NCBI GenBank assembly: GCA_041937175.2 | Contig: CP166615.1 | Location: forward strand, 2,016,001 to 2,080,000 | Length of the DNA stretch: 64,000 nt | Direction: 5' to 3' | DNA from: Limnothrix sp. BL-A-16 | GTDB taxonomy: Bacteria; Cyanobacteriota; Cyanobacteriia; CACIAM-69d | Part shown: positions 49,901 through 58,421 of the stretch, one piece after another | Numbering within the stretch: position 1 is the stretch's first letter | How the letters are laid out: every line of letters begins with the position of its first letter | Program-made: the position numbers and the translations under genes | The notes under the pieces: generated by a model | Told to the model about the DNA's origin: nothing | The model's database searches: none | What the model saw: only the letters and a program-made list of their open reading frames with translations

Positions 49901-50470
49901 GCTGCTGAGGGACTGCCAGGAGAAGGGAACGCCACTGCCAGCCGCTTCCATGCCCGATCGCCCCAACCGCAACGACAGCCAAGCCGCCCCATAGGCAGAC
50001 ACCAGGGCAATCACCACAGAAGCACCAACCCCCAGCCAGGAATAGTGAACCTCGCCGGGCAACTGCATCGCTGCCATGCCGGTATAGTGCATCGCCACGA
50101 TCGCCAGCCCCATGCACAGCCCCCCCACCAACAGTGAAAAACGCACTGCGCTGCGGCTCATCACATACAGGCCAATCCCCGAGGCGATCAGGGCCCAAAA
50201 CAGAGACAGCAACGTGGTGTTGAGGTCGTAGTGAACGGCCATGGGCAACTGAAAAGCCAACATGCCCACAAAATGCATAGACCAAACACCCACCCCCATG
50301 GCCAGGCTGCCACTGACCAACCACAACACCTGTTGGCGCGCGGTTTGGGCCAGGCGCAACCGGCCCGCCACATCGAGGGCTGTGTAGGATGCAACGATCG
50401 CGATCGCCAGCGAAGCACTAACCAACGACCAGTCATACATCCCAAAAACGGGACTCAGCAGAGGCTCCAT
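46931..50470 (-). CDS. Hybrid sensor kinase: MHYT-PAS-cyanobacteriochrome GAF-HisKA-HATPase-REC
   Basis: MHFVGM/MHYTGM/MHYTAM in a multi-TM domain; PAS; GAF with DRVLVYRF, PEC insert, QDSYLQDTQGG, DDCYL; MSHELRTPLN; NLLGNALKFT; receiver FMDMKMP. Confidence 0.92.
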   Translation of the reverse strand: MEPLLSPVFGMYDWSLVSASLAIAIVASYTALDVAGRLRLAQTARQQVLWLVSGSLAMGVGVWSMHFVGMLAFQLPMAVHYDLNTTLLSLFWALIASGIGLYVMSRSAVRFSLLVGGLCMGLAIVAMHYTGMAAMQLPGEVHYSWLGVGASVVIALVSAYGAAWLSLRLGRSGMEAAGSGVPFSWQSLSSATIMGCGIGGMHYTAMASTQFWMVNHPASGFSEQTPDFPIGSGSFNQPANLPSITSAGLAVDVALGAIVILVIALAISTFERILDRQRVREQTLSESEMRFRLLIDRLPTGVLLVDAGGRILSCNPMAAKLLGTSVEALQGQIFHAGLPTLNPNDFTLGQDLMPLQQILALGEPDATVPNRPTVNRGVGNLLKANFTGFSSSFSASLGWDGGETGGGGAANRSTGQSWTTDRITNPQWRLANTILSLNEGEQRRWLLVNADPILNEDQQVERVVCSLTDITDRRLAELALQKTARRETTIARVIQRMRRTLELQTILDTTTSELQQIIECDRVLVYRFEPNWSGRVVSESVVPGWTPVYNNTTIERIAVDRPECIIKTIDSQNLLIQDSYLQDTQGGSYQTTRSCRCVSDIYAYNFDDCYLRLLEALEARAYIIVPIFCREQLWGLLACYQNDQPRSWTEVEVASVVRIAEQFGVAVQQAELLAKTQQQTIELLAAKEEADRANRAKSHFLAQMSHELRTPLNAILGFTQLMARDPSLSLTHRQQTNIVNRSGEHLLGLINSILDMSKIEAAQMTLQLERFDLHRLLDSLQDLLTVKAESKGLVLLFERSATLSQFVITDQNRLRQILLNLLGNALKFTDRGRVILTARELSTTPIGERSPLIAETPATRETDPAAIGLEFTISDTGPGLSAEEIAQLFRPFEQTAVGQRSGQGTGLGLSISREFARLLGGDISVYSQPQTGATFTVTIQAQRAATSGAIDSASQQPILRLAPGQPAYLILVADDHADSRALLTDLLNQVGFQTITAINGQMAVELWQQHHPQAIFMDMKMPGLDGYAASRLIKSQPGGHQTLIIALTASAFDQDRAAILAAGCDELICKPFNFTDLLELLGQKLGVQYLYQAPVEPEPNTAPIDADPHTLLAQLASLPDPWQQQFRAAVTRGSDSQALQLLEALPDSANALRQVFSQWIDGLRFDRVLELLDEAQSAP

Positions 50471-50780
50471 GGGCAATTGTTGAACAATTCAGGGCGATGG
50501 TGGCGGGCAGCTAATTAGCTCGGGCAATTAGAGCTTGTTTTGTATAGTTTTCCCAGCCTCACGGGGAATTGGGGCCCTGAGGAAACAACTGCGTTGCTGA
50601 TCAGTGGCGATCGGCCATGATGATGAGTCCCGATGATCTTCTAAATGATGATCAATCTTGACAGGGTTGATACTCACTCAGGCCTTTCAACGTGCCTCTT
50701 TCAATGTGCCTCAATGAGCCAATTTGTGCATCTTGCACCGATGGATTTTTCTGTGAATCTTATGGAGCTGATTGATCAAG

Positions 50781-51950
50781 TTATTGATCGAAGCTGACCC
50801 AGAGTCGGTAATTGGTGAAGCCACCCATCGTGCCCACGGAAATGTCATAGCGAGCATCTTCTAGGGCCCGGAAGCGCGTTTTGCTGACTTGGCGGGCCAG
50901 GACGCGGCCATCATCATTGGTTAAGTCGAACCTGGCGCGACCATTGTAAGAATCAAGCCGGATTTCAACCGACCCAGCCGGTAAATCCACCTGCCAGATA
51001 TCTTGCTCACCACTGGTCACCTCCCCCTGGGCCGTGCCGTAGCGGCTGAGGGGGTCGATCGACAGGGCGTAGGTGTTAGAGCGATTGGCCAGGGTGGGGC
51101 CCGCTTGGAAAGGACGGGTCACCACCTCGCGCTCCCAAGGGTTGCTCTCGTCGCGGTTGGTGGATTGGGGCCGTTGTTCGATCGGGGACAGTTCCACCGA
51201 CAGCTCATAGGTTTCCGGGCCACGCAAACTGCTGACCACCACTTGGTATTGGCCTTCGCTGGGAATTTCAATAAATGCTTCGCCCGTATTGGTGGCCAAC
51301 CGAGACCCATCGGGCCCCAGCACATCAAAGCGTGCATTGCGATTGCGGGAGGAAATCAGCACCTGCATTCGCCCGGGCCGCCCATTCACCAACCACACAT
51401 CACTGCGATCGCTCGTGACCGTGCCGGTGACCAGGCCGGCCGTCCCGGCCGCATTCAAAGACAGCACTTGCGGGCCACTGGCTGTTGGGGGCGAGGGCCG
51501 AAAATCAGAGCTGGAAAAGTCCACACAGCCGACGTTCGATCGCGCACCGCTGGGCACGATCGCCCCGCACAGGTTCGCCCCATCAAGGCGTGCTCCGGTT
51601 AAATCTGTGCCCCACAGGTAAGCGCCCCGCAAATCTGCACCGCTCAGGTCGGCTCCCCGCAAGTTAGCCCGAATGATCAGCGTGTCGCGCAGGTTAGCCC
51701 CTCGCAGGTTGGCCCCTCGCAGATCCAACCCATTCAAATCATTGCCCTGAAGATTGCAACTGGGGCATTGGTTGCTTTGCACCAAGTTGCGCCGATTGAA
51801 GGTGGTTTGGTTAAAGTCGCTGGCCTGGGCGGGAGTGGCAAATCCCATGGCCAGGGCGGCGATCGAGCCAGCTAACCCCCAGCGGCCGACGGCGGAAACA
51901 GCAGCAACGGCCAGGGAACGATTGCGGAAGTGGGATTCGATCGCGGACAT
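50781..51950 (-). CDS. Secreted pentapeptide-repeat protein with two C-terminal PPC-like beta domains
   Basis: Signal peptide (..PAQA), CPSCNL, A(N/D)LRG repeats; two related modules (GTVTSDRSDVW..ARFD..Y.V / GEVTSGEQDIW..ARFD..Y.I). Start moved to ATG 51950. Confidence 0.8.
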   Translation of the reverse strand: MSAIESHFRNRSLAVAAVSAVGRWGLAGSIAALAMGFATPAQASDFNQTTFNRRNLVQSNQCPSCNLQGNDLNGLDLRGANLRGANLRDTLIIRANLRGADLSGADLRGAYLWGTDLTGARLDGANLCGAIVPSGARSNVGCVDFSSSDFRPSPPTASGPQVLSLNAAGTAGLVTGTVTSDRSDVWLVNGRPGRMQVLISSRNRNARFDVLGPDGSRLATNTGEAFIEIPSEGQYQVVVSSLRGPETYELSVELSPIEQRPQSTNRDESNPWEREVVTRPFQAGPTLANRSNTYALSIDPLSRYGTAQGEVTSGEQDIWQVDLPAGSVEIRLDSYNGRARFDLTNDDGRVLARQVSKTRFRALEDARYDISVGTMGGFTNYRLWVSFDQ

Positions 51951-52168
51951 GGCAGGGAAATATGGTTGAAATGCTGGCTGGAGTGCTGCTGAAAATTCGT
52001 TCTTTGCGAGGTTGTTTGGACGCAAGAGGCTTGAGCATCCATTCGTTTTTAACATTCGTTGGCCAAGACTGCGAGTGATCGAGGTGCGGCAATTGGTTCA
52101 AGGGCGCAGAATTCCCCAGGACTCCATTGGCCCCTCGATCAATATCAATCCCTCAATAGCTTCCTGGG

Positions 52169-53212
52169 TTAATCCCGTGACCGATCGCCCTGCTCAGTTT
52201 GGCCGCTGGCAGACTCGGCCGGCAACCAAACCAGCCAACGATCAAGCACCCGCACCACAGCCCCCTGAGGTAGGGAGCGGGTTTGGCTGCCCTGGGGCGC
52301 GGTCACCAAGGCCAACACCGCCGCCACTTGGGCGTAGGTGGGCGATCGGGCGGTCTGTTGGGTCAACCAGCAACGCAACACCCGCCGCTGAAGGGCGATC
52401 GGCTCCCGTTGCAGTTGCGTGCGATCGAGCCGATCGCCCCCATTGCCCAGGTCTGGCCCAGCGAGATTGTGCCCATGGGTCTCCAGCCATTGGGCGGTGA
52501 GCTGTTCCAACCATTGGGCCTCATCCGCCAACAGTTCCGCCGTTTGGGCCAAGTGGCGTTCCACCTGGGGGTTAAACGCTGCTCGCAACAGGGGCAACAC
52601 CTGCGATCGCAACCGGTTCCGAAAATAGCGCTGATCCTGATTGGTGCTGTCTTCCCAGCGGGGTAGCTGCCAAGTTTGGCAAAATTCCGCCGTTTCTGCC
52701 CTTGTCCAATCCAGCAGCGGGCGCACCAATTGCAGCGACCCGAGCGATCGTTGCCAATCCAAAGACCCCAGACCATCGCCCCCACTGCCGCGAATTAAAT
52801 GATGCAACAAGGTTTCTGCCCGATCGCTGGCCGTATGTCCCGTCACGATCGCGCTGCACCGGTGCTGTTGGGCCAAGCTGCTCAGGGCATCGTAGCGCCA
52901 GGTGCGGGCGGCCGCCTCGTTGGCTTGGGGTGCGTCCCAGGTAGCCAAAACGGCGGGCAATCCCCAATCGTTGGCTAATTGAATCACAAAGTCCCCATTG
53001 GCGGCCGCATCGGAGCGCCAACCGTGGTTACAGTGCCCCACCACCAATTCCCAATCCCAAAGGCGGCGTAAATCCACCAACAACCGCAACAGGCCGATCG
53101 AATCTTGGCCGCCGGAAACAGCCACCAACACCCTGGTTCCGATCGGGAGCAGGCCGCGCGATCGCAGGGTCTGGTGAAAACGGGCATGTTGATCACTCCA
53201 GGGTTCCGCCAC
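52169..53212 (-). CDS. tilS: tRNA(Ile)-lysidine synthetase
   Basis: AVSGGQDS PP-loop, HCNHGWR, EAAAR.WRY, TGHTASDRAET, RPLL, EDSTN, RNRLR. Confidence 0.95.
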   Translation of the reverse strand: MAEPWSDQHARFHQTLRSRGLLPIGTRVLVAVSGGQDSIGLLRLLVDLRRLWDWELVVGHCNHGWRSDAAANGDFVIQLANDWGLPAVLATWDAPQANEAAARTWRYDALSSLAQQHRCSAIVTGHTASDRAETLLHHLIRGSGGDGLGSLDWQRSLGSLQLVRPLLDWTRAETAEFCQTWQLPRWEDSTNQDQRYFRNRLRSQVLPLLRAAFNPQVERHLAQTAELLADEAQWLEQLTAQWLETHGHNLAGPDLGNGGDRLDRTQLQREPIALQRRVLRCWLTQQTARSPTYAQVAAVLALVTAPQGSQTRSLPQGAVVRVLDRWLVWLPAESASGQTEQGDRSRD

Positions 53213-53284
53213 CCTTACTGTTCCCCCTGCACCTCAAGGAGTGGAATCGCCTAGGACTATCAATGAGCACTCTAGGACTATTGC

Positions 53285-55354
53285 CTAGAACTTGGGCAAC
53301 TCAACGGCGGCTAACGAATCGCGCCGTTTGCGAGCCTTGGCCAAGGTGGGAGCGGGCCATTGGGGTAACGGTTCCGAGGTCGCCACTGGAGTCGATCGCG
53401 CCGGCCAATCCATCAACTCCGCTTCCAGGGAAAGAACCTCCGCCAAAGGCGTTGCTAAATCTTCCCCATCAATGGGTTCAAGATCAATAGGTTCAATGGA
53501 TTCCATCGAATCCGGTTTCCGAGATCGATCGCTTAGATCCAGTCGATCAGGCTCCGACAGTGGATCAAAGTCCGGCGAATGGGAGTCCAGGGGATACAAA
53601 TCAATCGAAGGGCGGGCCGGGCGATCGCGCTGGGTTGATTCGGCTTCGATCATCCCTAAATCTGCCAGCGGGGGCGAACTGCTGTGGTGCGGTTCGGTCA
53701 AGGGCAGTTGGATCGATCGCCTCGGAGCGGGGGCCGGCAGGGGGGAAACTGGGCTGGGCAAATCCGCTGCCTCGGTCTCCGCCAAGGCCATCAACTTAGC
53801 CAACAGATCGCTTTGCTCCGTGGGACTGAGGGGGCGGGGCCAATCGCTCAACCACAGAGCATCGGCTAGATCATCGAGGCCATCGGGATCCAGACCCGCG
53901 AGGTCATCGGTTGCCGCCGCGTCCGGCAGGGATTCCCACTCGGAGGCCGCCCCATCGAACCCGATCGGGGGAAAAGCCTTGGGGGTAAGGTCTTGTGCAT
54001 GATTAGCATGATCGGCCGATGCATGATCGATCGCCGCCAATTGTGCTTGCTGCCGGATTTGATAGGACAAATTTGGTGCGGTTTGCTCTAGATCCCAATT
54101 CAGCAAGGCCAAAATTTCTTCAGTCCGAATAGCATCGATCGGGTCGGCCGTCAGTTCCGCAGGCGGCTCCGGTGCTTGGGTCGAGATTGCCGTTGCCTCC
54201 AAATCGCCATCAGCCCAATCCCCATCAGTCCAACCCTGATCAACCCATTGATCCTCGTGATCATCAATCAAGTCACCTTGATCATCAGTCAAGTCACCTT
54301 GATCATCAGTCAAGTCACCACTGCCCAAGGAGGACGGCTCAGATTGCGCCAGGGCCGCTGGATTTGCCAACGATCGGGGTTCTGTTTCGTTCAAGGGCGG
54401 CAACACCGATCGCCCATATTCCTGCTCCAGGCATTGTTCCAAGGCGGTTCGTAGTTGCAGGGTTTGCCGTTGTTGGCGCTTGAGGCGTTCCTGCAAGTCC
54501 TGTTGCCGCCCTTGCAGTTGCATCAACTCATCGGCTTGCTTTAAGCACTGCTCTTGCAGCAATGCACAGGCCCGCTCCAGTTGGGCAATGCGTCCCCGAT
54601 CGCAGGCCTCCTGCTGCACCCACTCCGCCCGTTCCCGATCCTGTTGGGCTAACTGAGCTTGGGCCGCTGCCAAGGCTTCGGCCAGGCGTGCCGCCTCCTG
54701 TTTGGTGCTCTCAAAATCCCGTGATCGCGCGTCGTAGAGGGCCTGTTGGGTTTGGGCCCGCATTTGTTGCAAATCCAGGGTGGCCCGGCATTCCGCCACC
54801 GCCGTTTCCAAGCGGGTCACCTGTTGCCGCAATTGCTCGTTTTCTTGGTTCAGGGACTCCGCCACCGCCACCAATTGGGCCACATCTGTGGGCCCGGTGG
54901 GCAACCCGCCTGAGGAGCGATCGGCCCTGAGTCGGGAGTTACCCAGCCGGGAACCATGCAGCCGGGAATGATTCGGAGAAGACTGATTGAACGAAGCATC
55001 ATTCAGCCGAGAGCCGCCATTATTGGGTTCTTCACGCTGGAATGGAAGTTCCGCAGGCGATCGGGCTGGCCGATTCCCTGACCAATAGGGCTGCAAAACG
55101 TCCGTGCCCGATCGCGCCGGCCCCGTTGCTGCTGGGTTGGTGCTGCTGGGATTAGGGATTTGGGGATTGATCATCTCGGAACTCGGGTTCGCTCCCGATT
55201 CCATCCGATCGCCCCGATCGGCCAGGTGATCCAGGGCCGCATCCGCTCCGTCATCCGCTCCATCCTCAACCAATGCTTCCAAAGACAGTGCTCCCGGAAA
55301 ATTAACCGTCGTCCAGTCTTGGTCAGAATCAGGGCAAGGGGGCGTTAAATCCAT
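53285..55354 (-). CDS. Hypothetical coiled-coil / low-complexity acidic protein upstream of tilS
   Basis: Central heptad region (RIAQLERACALLQ..RLKRQQRQTLQLRTALEQCL), C-terminal WPAP..SLAAVELPKF; internal 21-bp repeats encoding GDLTDDQ. Start moved to ATG 55354. Confidence 0.7.
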   Translation of the reverse strand: MDLTPPCPDSDQDWTTVNFPGALSLEALVEDGADDGADAALDHLADRGDRMESGANPSSEMINPQIPNPSSTNPAATGPARSGTDVLQPYWSGNRPARSPAELPFQREEPNNGGSRLNDASFNQSSPNHSRLHGSRLGNSRLRADRSSGGLPTGPTDVAQLVAVAESLNQENEQLRQQVTRLETAVAECRATLDLQQMRAQTQQALYDARSRDFESTKQEAARLAEALAAAQAQLAQQDRERAEWVQQEACDRGRIAQLERACALLQEQCLKQADELMQLQGRQQDLQERLKRQQRQTLQLRTALEQCLEQEYGRSVLPPLNETEPRSLANPAALAQSEPSSLGSGDLTDDQGDLTDDQGDLIDDHEDQWVDQGWTDGDWADGDLEATAISTQAPEPPAELTADPIDAIRTEEILALLNWDLEQTAPNLSYQIRQQAQLAAIDHASADHANHAQDLTPKAFPPIGFDGAASEWESLPDAAATDDLAGLDPDGLDDLADALWLSDWPRPLSPTEQSDLLAKLMALAETEAADLPSPVSPLPAPAPRRSIQLPLTEPHHSSSPPLADLGMIEAESTQRDRPARPSIDLYPLDSHSPDFDPLSEPDRLDLSDRSRKPDSMESIEPIDLEPIDGEDLATPLAEVLSLEAELMDWPARSTPVATSEPLPQWPAPTLAKARKRRDSLAAVELPKF

Positions 55355-55525
55355 AGTCGCTGCTCGGGCCGTTTCGCAAGCATCCCAACAAAGGGTGGCT
55401 TTCTCAGTAACGCATACAATTTTCTGGAGTGCAATTTTTTCTGGAGTGCAATCCACAAAACGCTAATCTGACGTTTTAGTAATGGGATTCAATGATGGGC
55501 CACTCCCTGATTGTGCTCCCTGATT

Positions 55526-56482
55526 TTAAGGTTGCCACCCCCACCAGAGCCGCGCCCCAACGATCAACAACAGCACCCCGATCGCCACCCCATCCCGGGC
55601 CCGCAACCGGGGCACAGACAGGGGCAAAGAATGACGATCGGGACTGGTGAACCCGCGTACTTGCATGGCGGTGGCCATCTGTTCCGCCCGCATCAGCAGA
55701 TTTTCCAGCAAGCGTTCCGCCAAAATCAGCCAAATTTTGACCGTGCCGCGCCAACCCAGCCGCCGCCAGTTGATGGCGCGGGTGCGAATCGATCGAACCA
55801 GATTTTGCACCTCTTCCAACACCAGCGGAATGAACCGCAGGGAAAGGGTCAAGGTCAGGGTCACTTCTGCCACGGGCAGGCCCAAGCGTCCCAAAGGAGC
55901 CATCAAGCTTTCTAAACCCGCTGCGATTTCCTCGGGAGCCGTGGTCAACAAAAACAGCGTGGTGCTGTAAATCAAAATGAAGACCAAACTGCCAACTCGC
56001 ACGCCCAAACCCAGCGATCGCCGGGACACCTTCAACCAGCCCTGTTGCACCAACCAATATCGATAGGAGGTGGGCTGGGGCAAGGCTTCAGGCGCGATCG
56101 CCTGGCCCGCTGGGGCTGAGCCGCTGGCCGGGTATGGGTTGTTAACCCCGCTCAAATTAGGCCAATTCAAGTCCGCAGGCGATCGAGGTTGATATTTCAG
56201 GCCATAGCCATCGGGAGACAGGGCCGTGAGCAAGGTGGCAAAAAAGCCCACCAGCAACAACCAAACCAACTGCTGTCGCCAAACTCGCCAGGGAATCCCG
56301 GCCCCCACGGTCAACAGCACCAGCAAGGCCACCAACCCCAACCGAGCCACTCCGCTGGCCAAAACGGGCATCAGCAGAAAAGCCAACAGCCAACCCAGCT
56401 TCACCCGAGAATCCAGGCGATGGAGCCAGGTGACCGGTTGCTCAAGGTACAGCCCCAAGGGGAGCGATCGCATTAAGTCCAT
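55526..56482 (-). CDS. ECF transporter transmembrane component T (CbiQ/EcfT, Ycf92-like)
   Basis: MDLMRSLPLGLYLEQPVTWLHRLDSRVK, LTTAPEEI, LSLRFIPLVLEEVQNL, AMQVRGF. Confidence 0.9.
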   Translation of the reverse strand: MDLMRSLPLGLYLEQPVTWLHRLDSRVKLGWLLAFLLMPVLASGVARLGLVALLVLLTVGAGIPWRVWRQQLVWLLLVGFFATLLTALSPDGYGLKYQPRSPADLNWPNLSGVNNPYPASGSAPAGQAIAPEALPQPTSYRYWLVQQGWLKVSRRSLGLGVRVGSLVFILIYSTTLFLLTTAPEEIAAGLESLMAPLGRLGLPVAEVTLTLTLSLRFIPLVLEEVQNLVRSIRTRAINWRRLGWRGTVKIWLILAERLLENLLMRAEQMATAMQVRGFTSPDRHSLPLSVPRLRARDGVAIGVLLLIVGARLWWGWQP

Positions 56483-56505
56483 GAACGGCAGCGCCTAGGG
56501 CAGCG

Positions 56506-57738
56506 CTAGTTGGCGAGCGTATCAAACCGCACGAGAGATTGGCGCTGCTCGATCGGCTGGTACGATGCCCCATGTTCACCCGTGTAGATTTGGGTGGGTC
56601 GGAAGATGCGATTGGTGGACAGTTGTTCGCGCCAGTGAGCTAACCAACCGGCCACGCGGGCGATCGCGAAAACCGGCGTGAACAGATCCGTCGGGATGCC
56701 CAGGCGACGATAAACCAAGCCCGAGTAGAAGTCCACGTTGGGGTAAATGCCCTTGTGGCCCAGGCGATCGGACACGACGCGCTCCACTTCCAAGGCCAAG
56801 TCGTAATATTGGTCGCGGCCCAAGTTGTCAAACAGTTCTTCTGCGAGGCTTTGCAGCACCGTGGCCCTTGGATCTTTGACCTTGTACACCCGGTGACCAA
56901 AACCCATAATTTTTTGCTTTTCCGCGATGCAGCGATCGATGTAGGGAACCACATTCTCGATCGAGCCGATCGCCTCCAGCATATCGATCACTTCCTCATT
57001 CGCCCCGCCGTGCAGCGGCCCCGCCAGCGTGCCCACCGCCGAAGCCACCACCGCGTAGGGGTCGGTCATGGTGGAAGCGGTCACCATGGCCGAGAAGGTG
57101 GATGCATTGATCGTGTGCTCCGCATGGAGGATCAAGCAGGTGTCAAACACCCGGGCCGCCAGGGGAGCCGGCTCGCGCTCATTGAGCATGTACAGGAAGT
57201 TGGCCGCATAGCCCAAATCATCCCGAGGCTGAATCGGGTCATTGCCCTTGCGGATCGACTGGAAGGCCGCCACCATCGTTGGAATCTTCGCTAGCAACCG
57301 AATGGCCGCTTGGCGGATGTAGGCCGGGTTGGGCAGGGCCCGCCGCGAATAAAACAGCCCCAGGGCCGCGGCCGAAGCTTGCAGCGCATCCATCGGGTGG
57401 CCGCTTTCCGGGAAACATTTCATCATGTCCCGAATCCGAAACTTCACCCGCCGATGATAGCGAATGTCATGCTCAAATTCTTCCAGCTCTTCCCGGGTGG
57501 GCAAACAGCCCCAAATCAACAAAAAGGTGGTTTCCAGGAAGGTGCTATGCCGCGCCAACTCCTCGATCGCCATCCCTCGATATTCCAAGATGCCGTTTTT
57601 GCCATCCACATAACTGATGGCCGATTGGGTTGCGGGAACACCTTCGAGACCCGGCCGGAATTCACAGGCAGGGGCAGCCGTTTTGGCTGAATCGCCAGTG
57701 CTTTCGTTGACGCGATCGGAGGTCGCTGGTGTAGCCAT
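56506..57738 (-). CDS. gltA: Citrate synthase
   Basis: PGLEGV, LHAEHTINASTF, GPLHGGANE, MGFGHRVYK..DPRA, YPNVDFYSG, RIFRP. Start moved to ATG 57738. Confidence 0.97.
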   Translation of the reverse strand: MATPATSDRVNESTGDSAKTAAPACEFRPGLEGVPATQSAISYVDGKNGILEYRGMAIEELARHSTFLETTFLLIWGCLPTREELEEFEHDIRYHRRVKFRIRDMMKCFPESGHPMDALQASAAALGLFYSRRALPNPAYIRQAAIRLLAKIPTMVAAFQSIRKGNDPIQPRDDLGYAANFLYMLNEREPAPLAARVFDTCLILHAEHTINASTFSAMVTASTMTDPYAVVASAVGTLAGPLHGGANEEVIDMLEAIGSIENVVPYIDRCIAEKQKIMGFGHRVYKVKDPRATVLQSLAEELFDNLGRDQYYDLALEVERVVSDRLGHKGIYPNVDFYSGLVYRRLGIPTDLFTPVFAIARVAGWLAHWREQLSTNRIFRPTQIYTGEHGASYQPIEQRQSLVRFDTLAN

Positions 57739-57755
57739 AGGGCAAGGGCAGAAAA

Positions 57756-58322
57756 CTATAGGAATAATCGGGGAGGGGTCAGCCAAAAGAGCTGGCTGCA
57801 ACCAAGAGGAGAACCCATGGGGGGCAAAATCAAACCAATAATACCTGCTTTTTTCAGCACGATTGTGTCCCGTGCATCATTGATCGGGTTTCCATCGCCC
57901 CAGATCAGTTGGTTGGCCCACTGGCTGAGGGTGGGTTCGTGGCCCACCAGGGCCAGCCGCAGCCGGGAAGAGGGCTTGGCGGGAAAGGCGGCTTGGGCCA
58001 GGTGCTGGGTTCGCCACTGATCGTAGCGCTCTAACCAGGGGTCGATCGCCCGATCGGGGGTCAGTTCGGGCCAAGTCTCCACTTGGGCGGCCAAGCCCGC
58101 CCCTTGCAGAATGGCGGCGGTTTCCCGGGCCCGCACGAGGGGGCTGGTGACCAGGGTGTCAAAGAATAGCTTCTGTTCCCGCAGCCGATCGGCCATGGCG
58201 TGGGTTTTAGTTTGGCCCGCAGGGGTGAGGGGGCGATCGTCATCGTTAACATAGGTGCCGCGTTCGGCGGCGATGCCATGGCGAATTAAATACAGCTCAA
58301 TGGCAGAAATCACGGAGGACAT
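57756..58322 (-). CDS. sixA: Phosphohistidine phosphatase SixA
   Basis: LYLIRHGIA, RPLT..G, TSPLVRARETA, LVGHEP, LKKAG, LFWLTPP. Confidence 0.93.
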   Translation of the reverse strand: MSSVISAIELYLIRHGIAAERGTYVNDDDRPLTPAGQTKTHAMADRLREQKLFFDTLVTSPLVRARETAAILQGAGLAAQVETWPELTPDRAIDPWLERYDQWRTQHLAQAAFPAKPSSRLRLALVGHEPTLSQWANQLIWGDGNPINDARDTIVLKKAGIIGLILPPMGSPLGCSQLFWLTPPRLFL

Positions 58323-58421
58323 GGAGGTTTTAGCCAAACCGGTAGCCAAACCAGGTTAGCCAACTCCGGGTTTCTCATCAAATTTTCAAAAATTTTCAAA
58401 AATTTCTAATTTCCGCCGTGG

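Noticed and set aside
56506..58322. sixA-gltA pairing as a novel regulatory module
   Set aside because: This adjacency is a common cyanobacterial arrangement.
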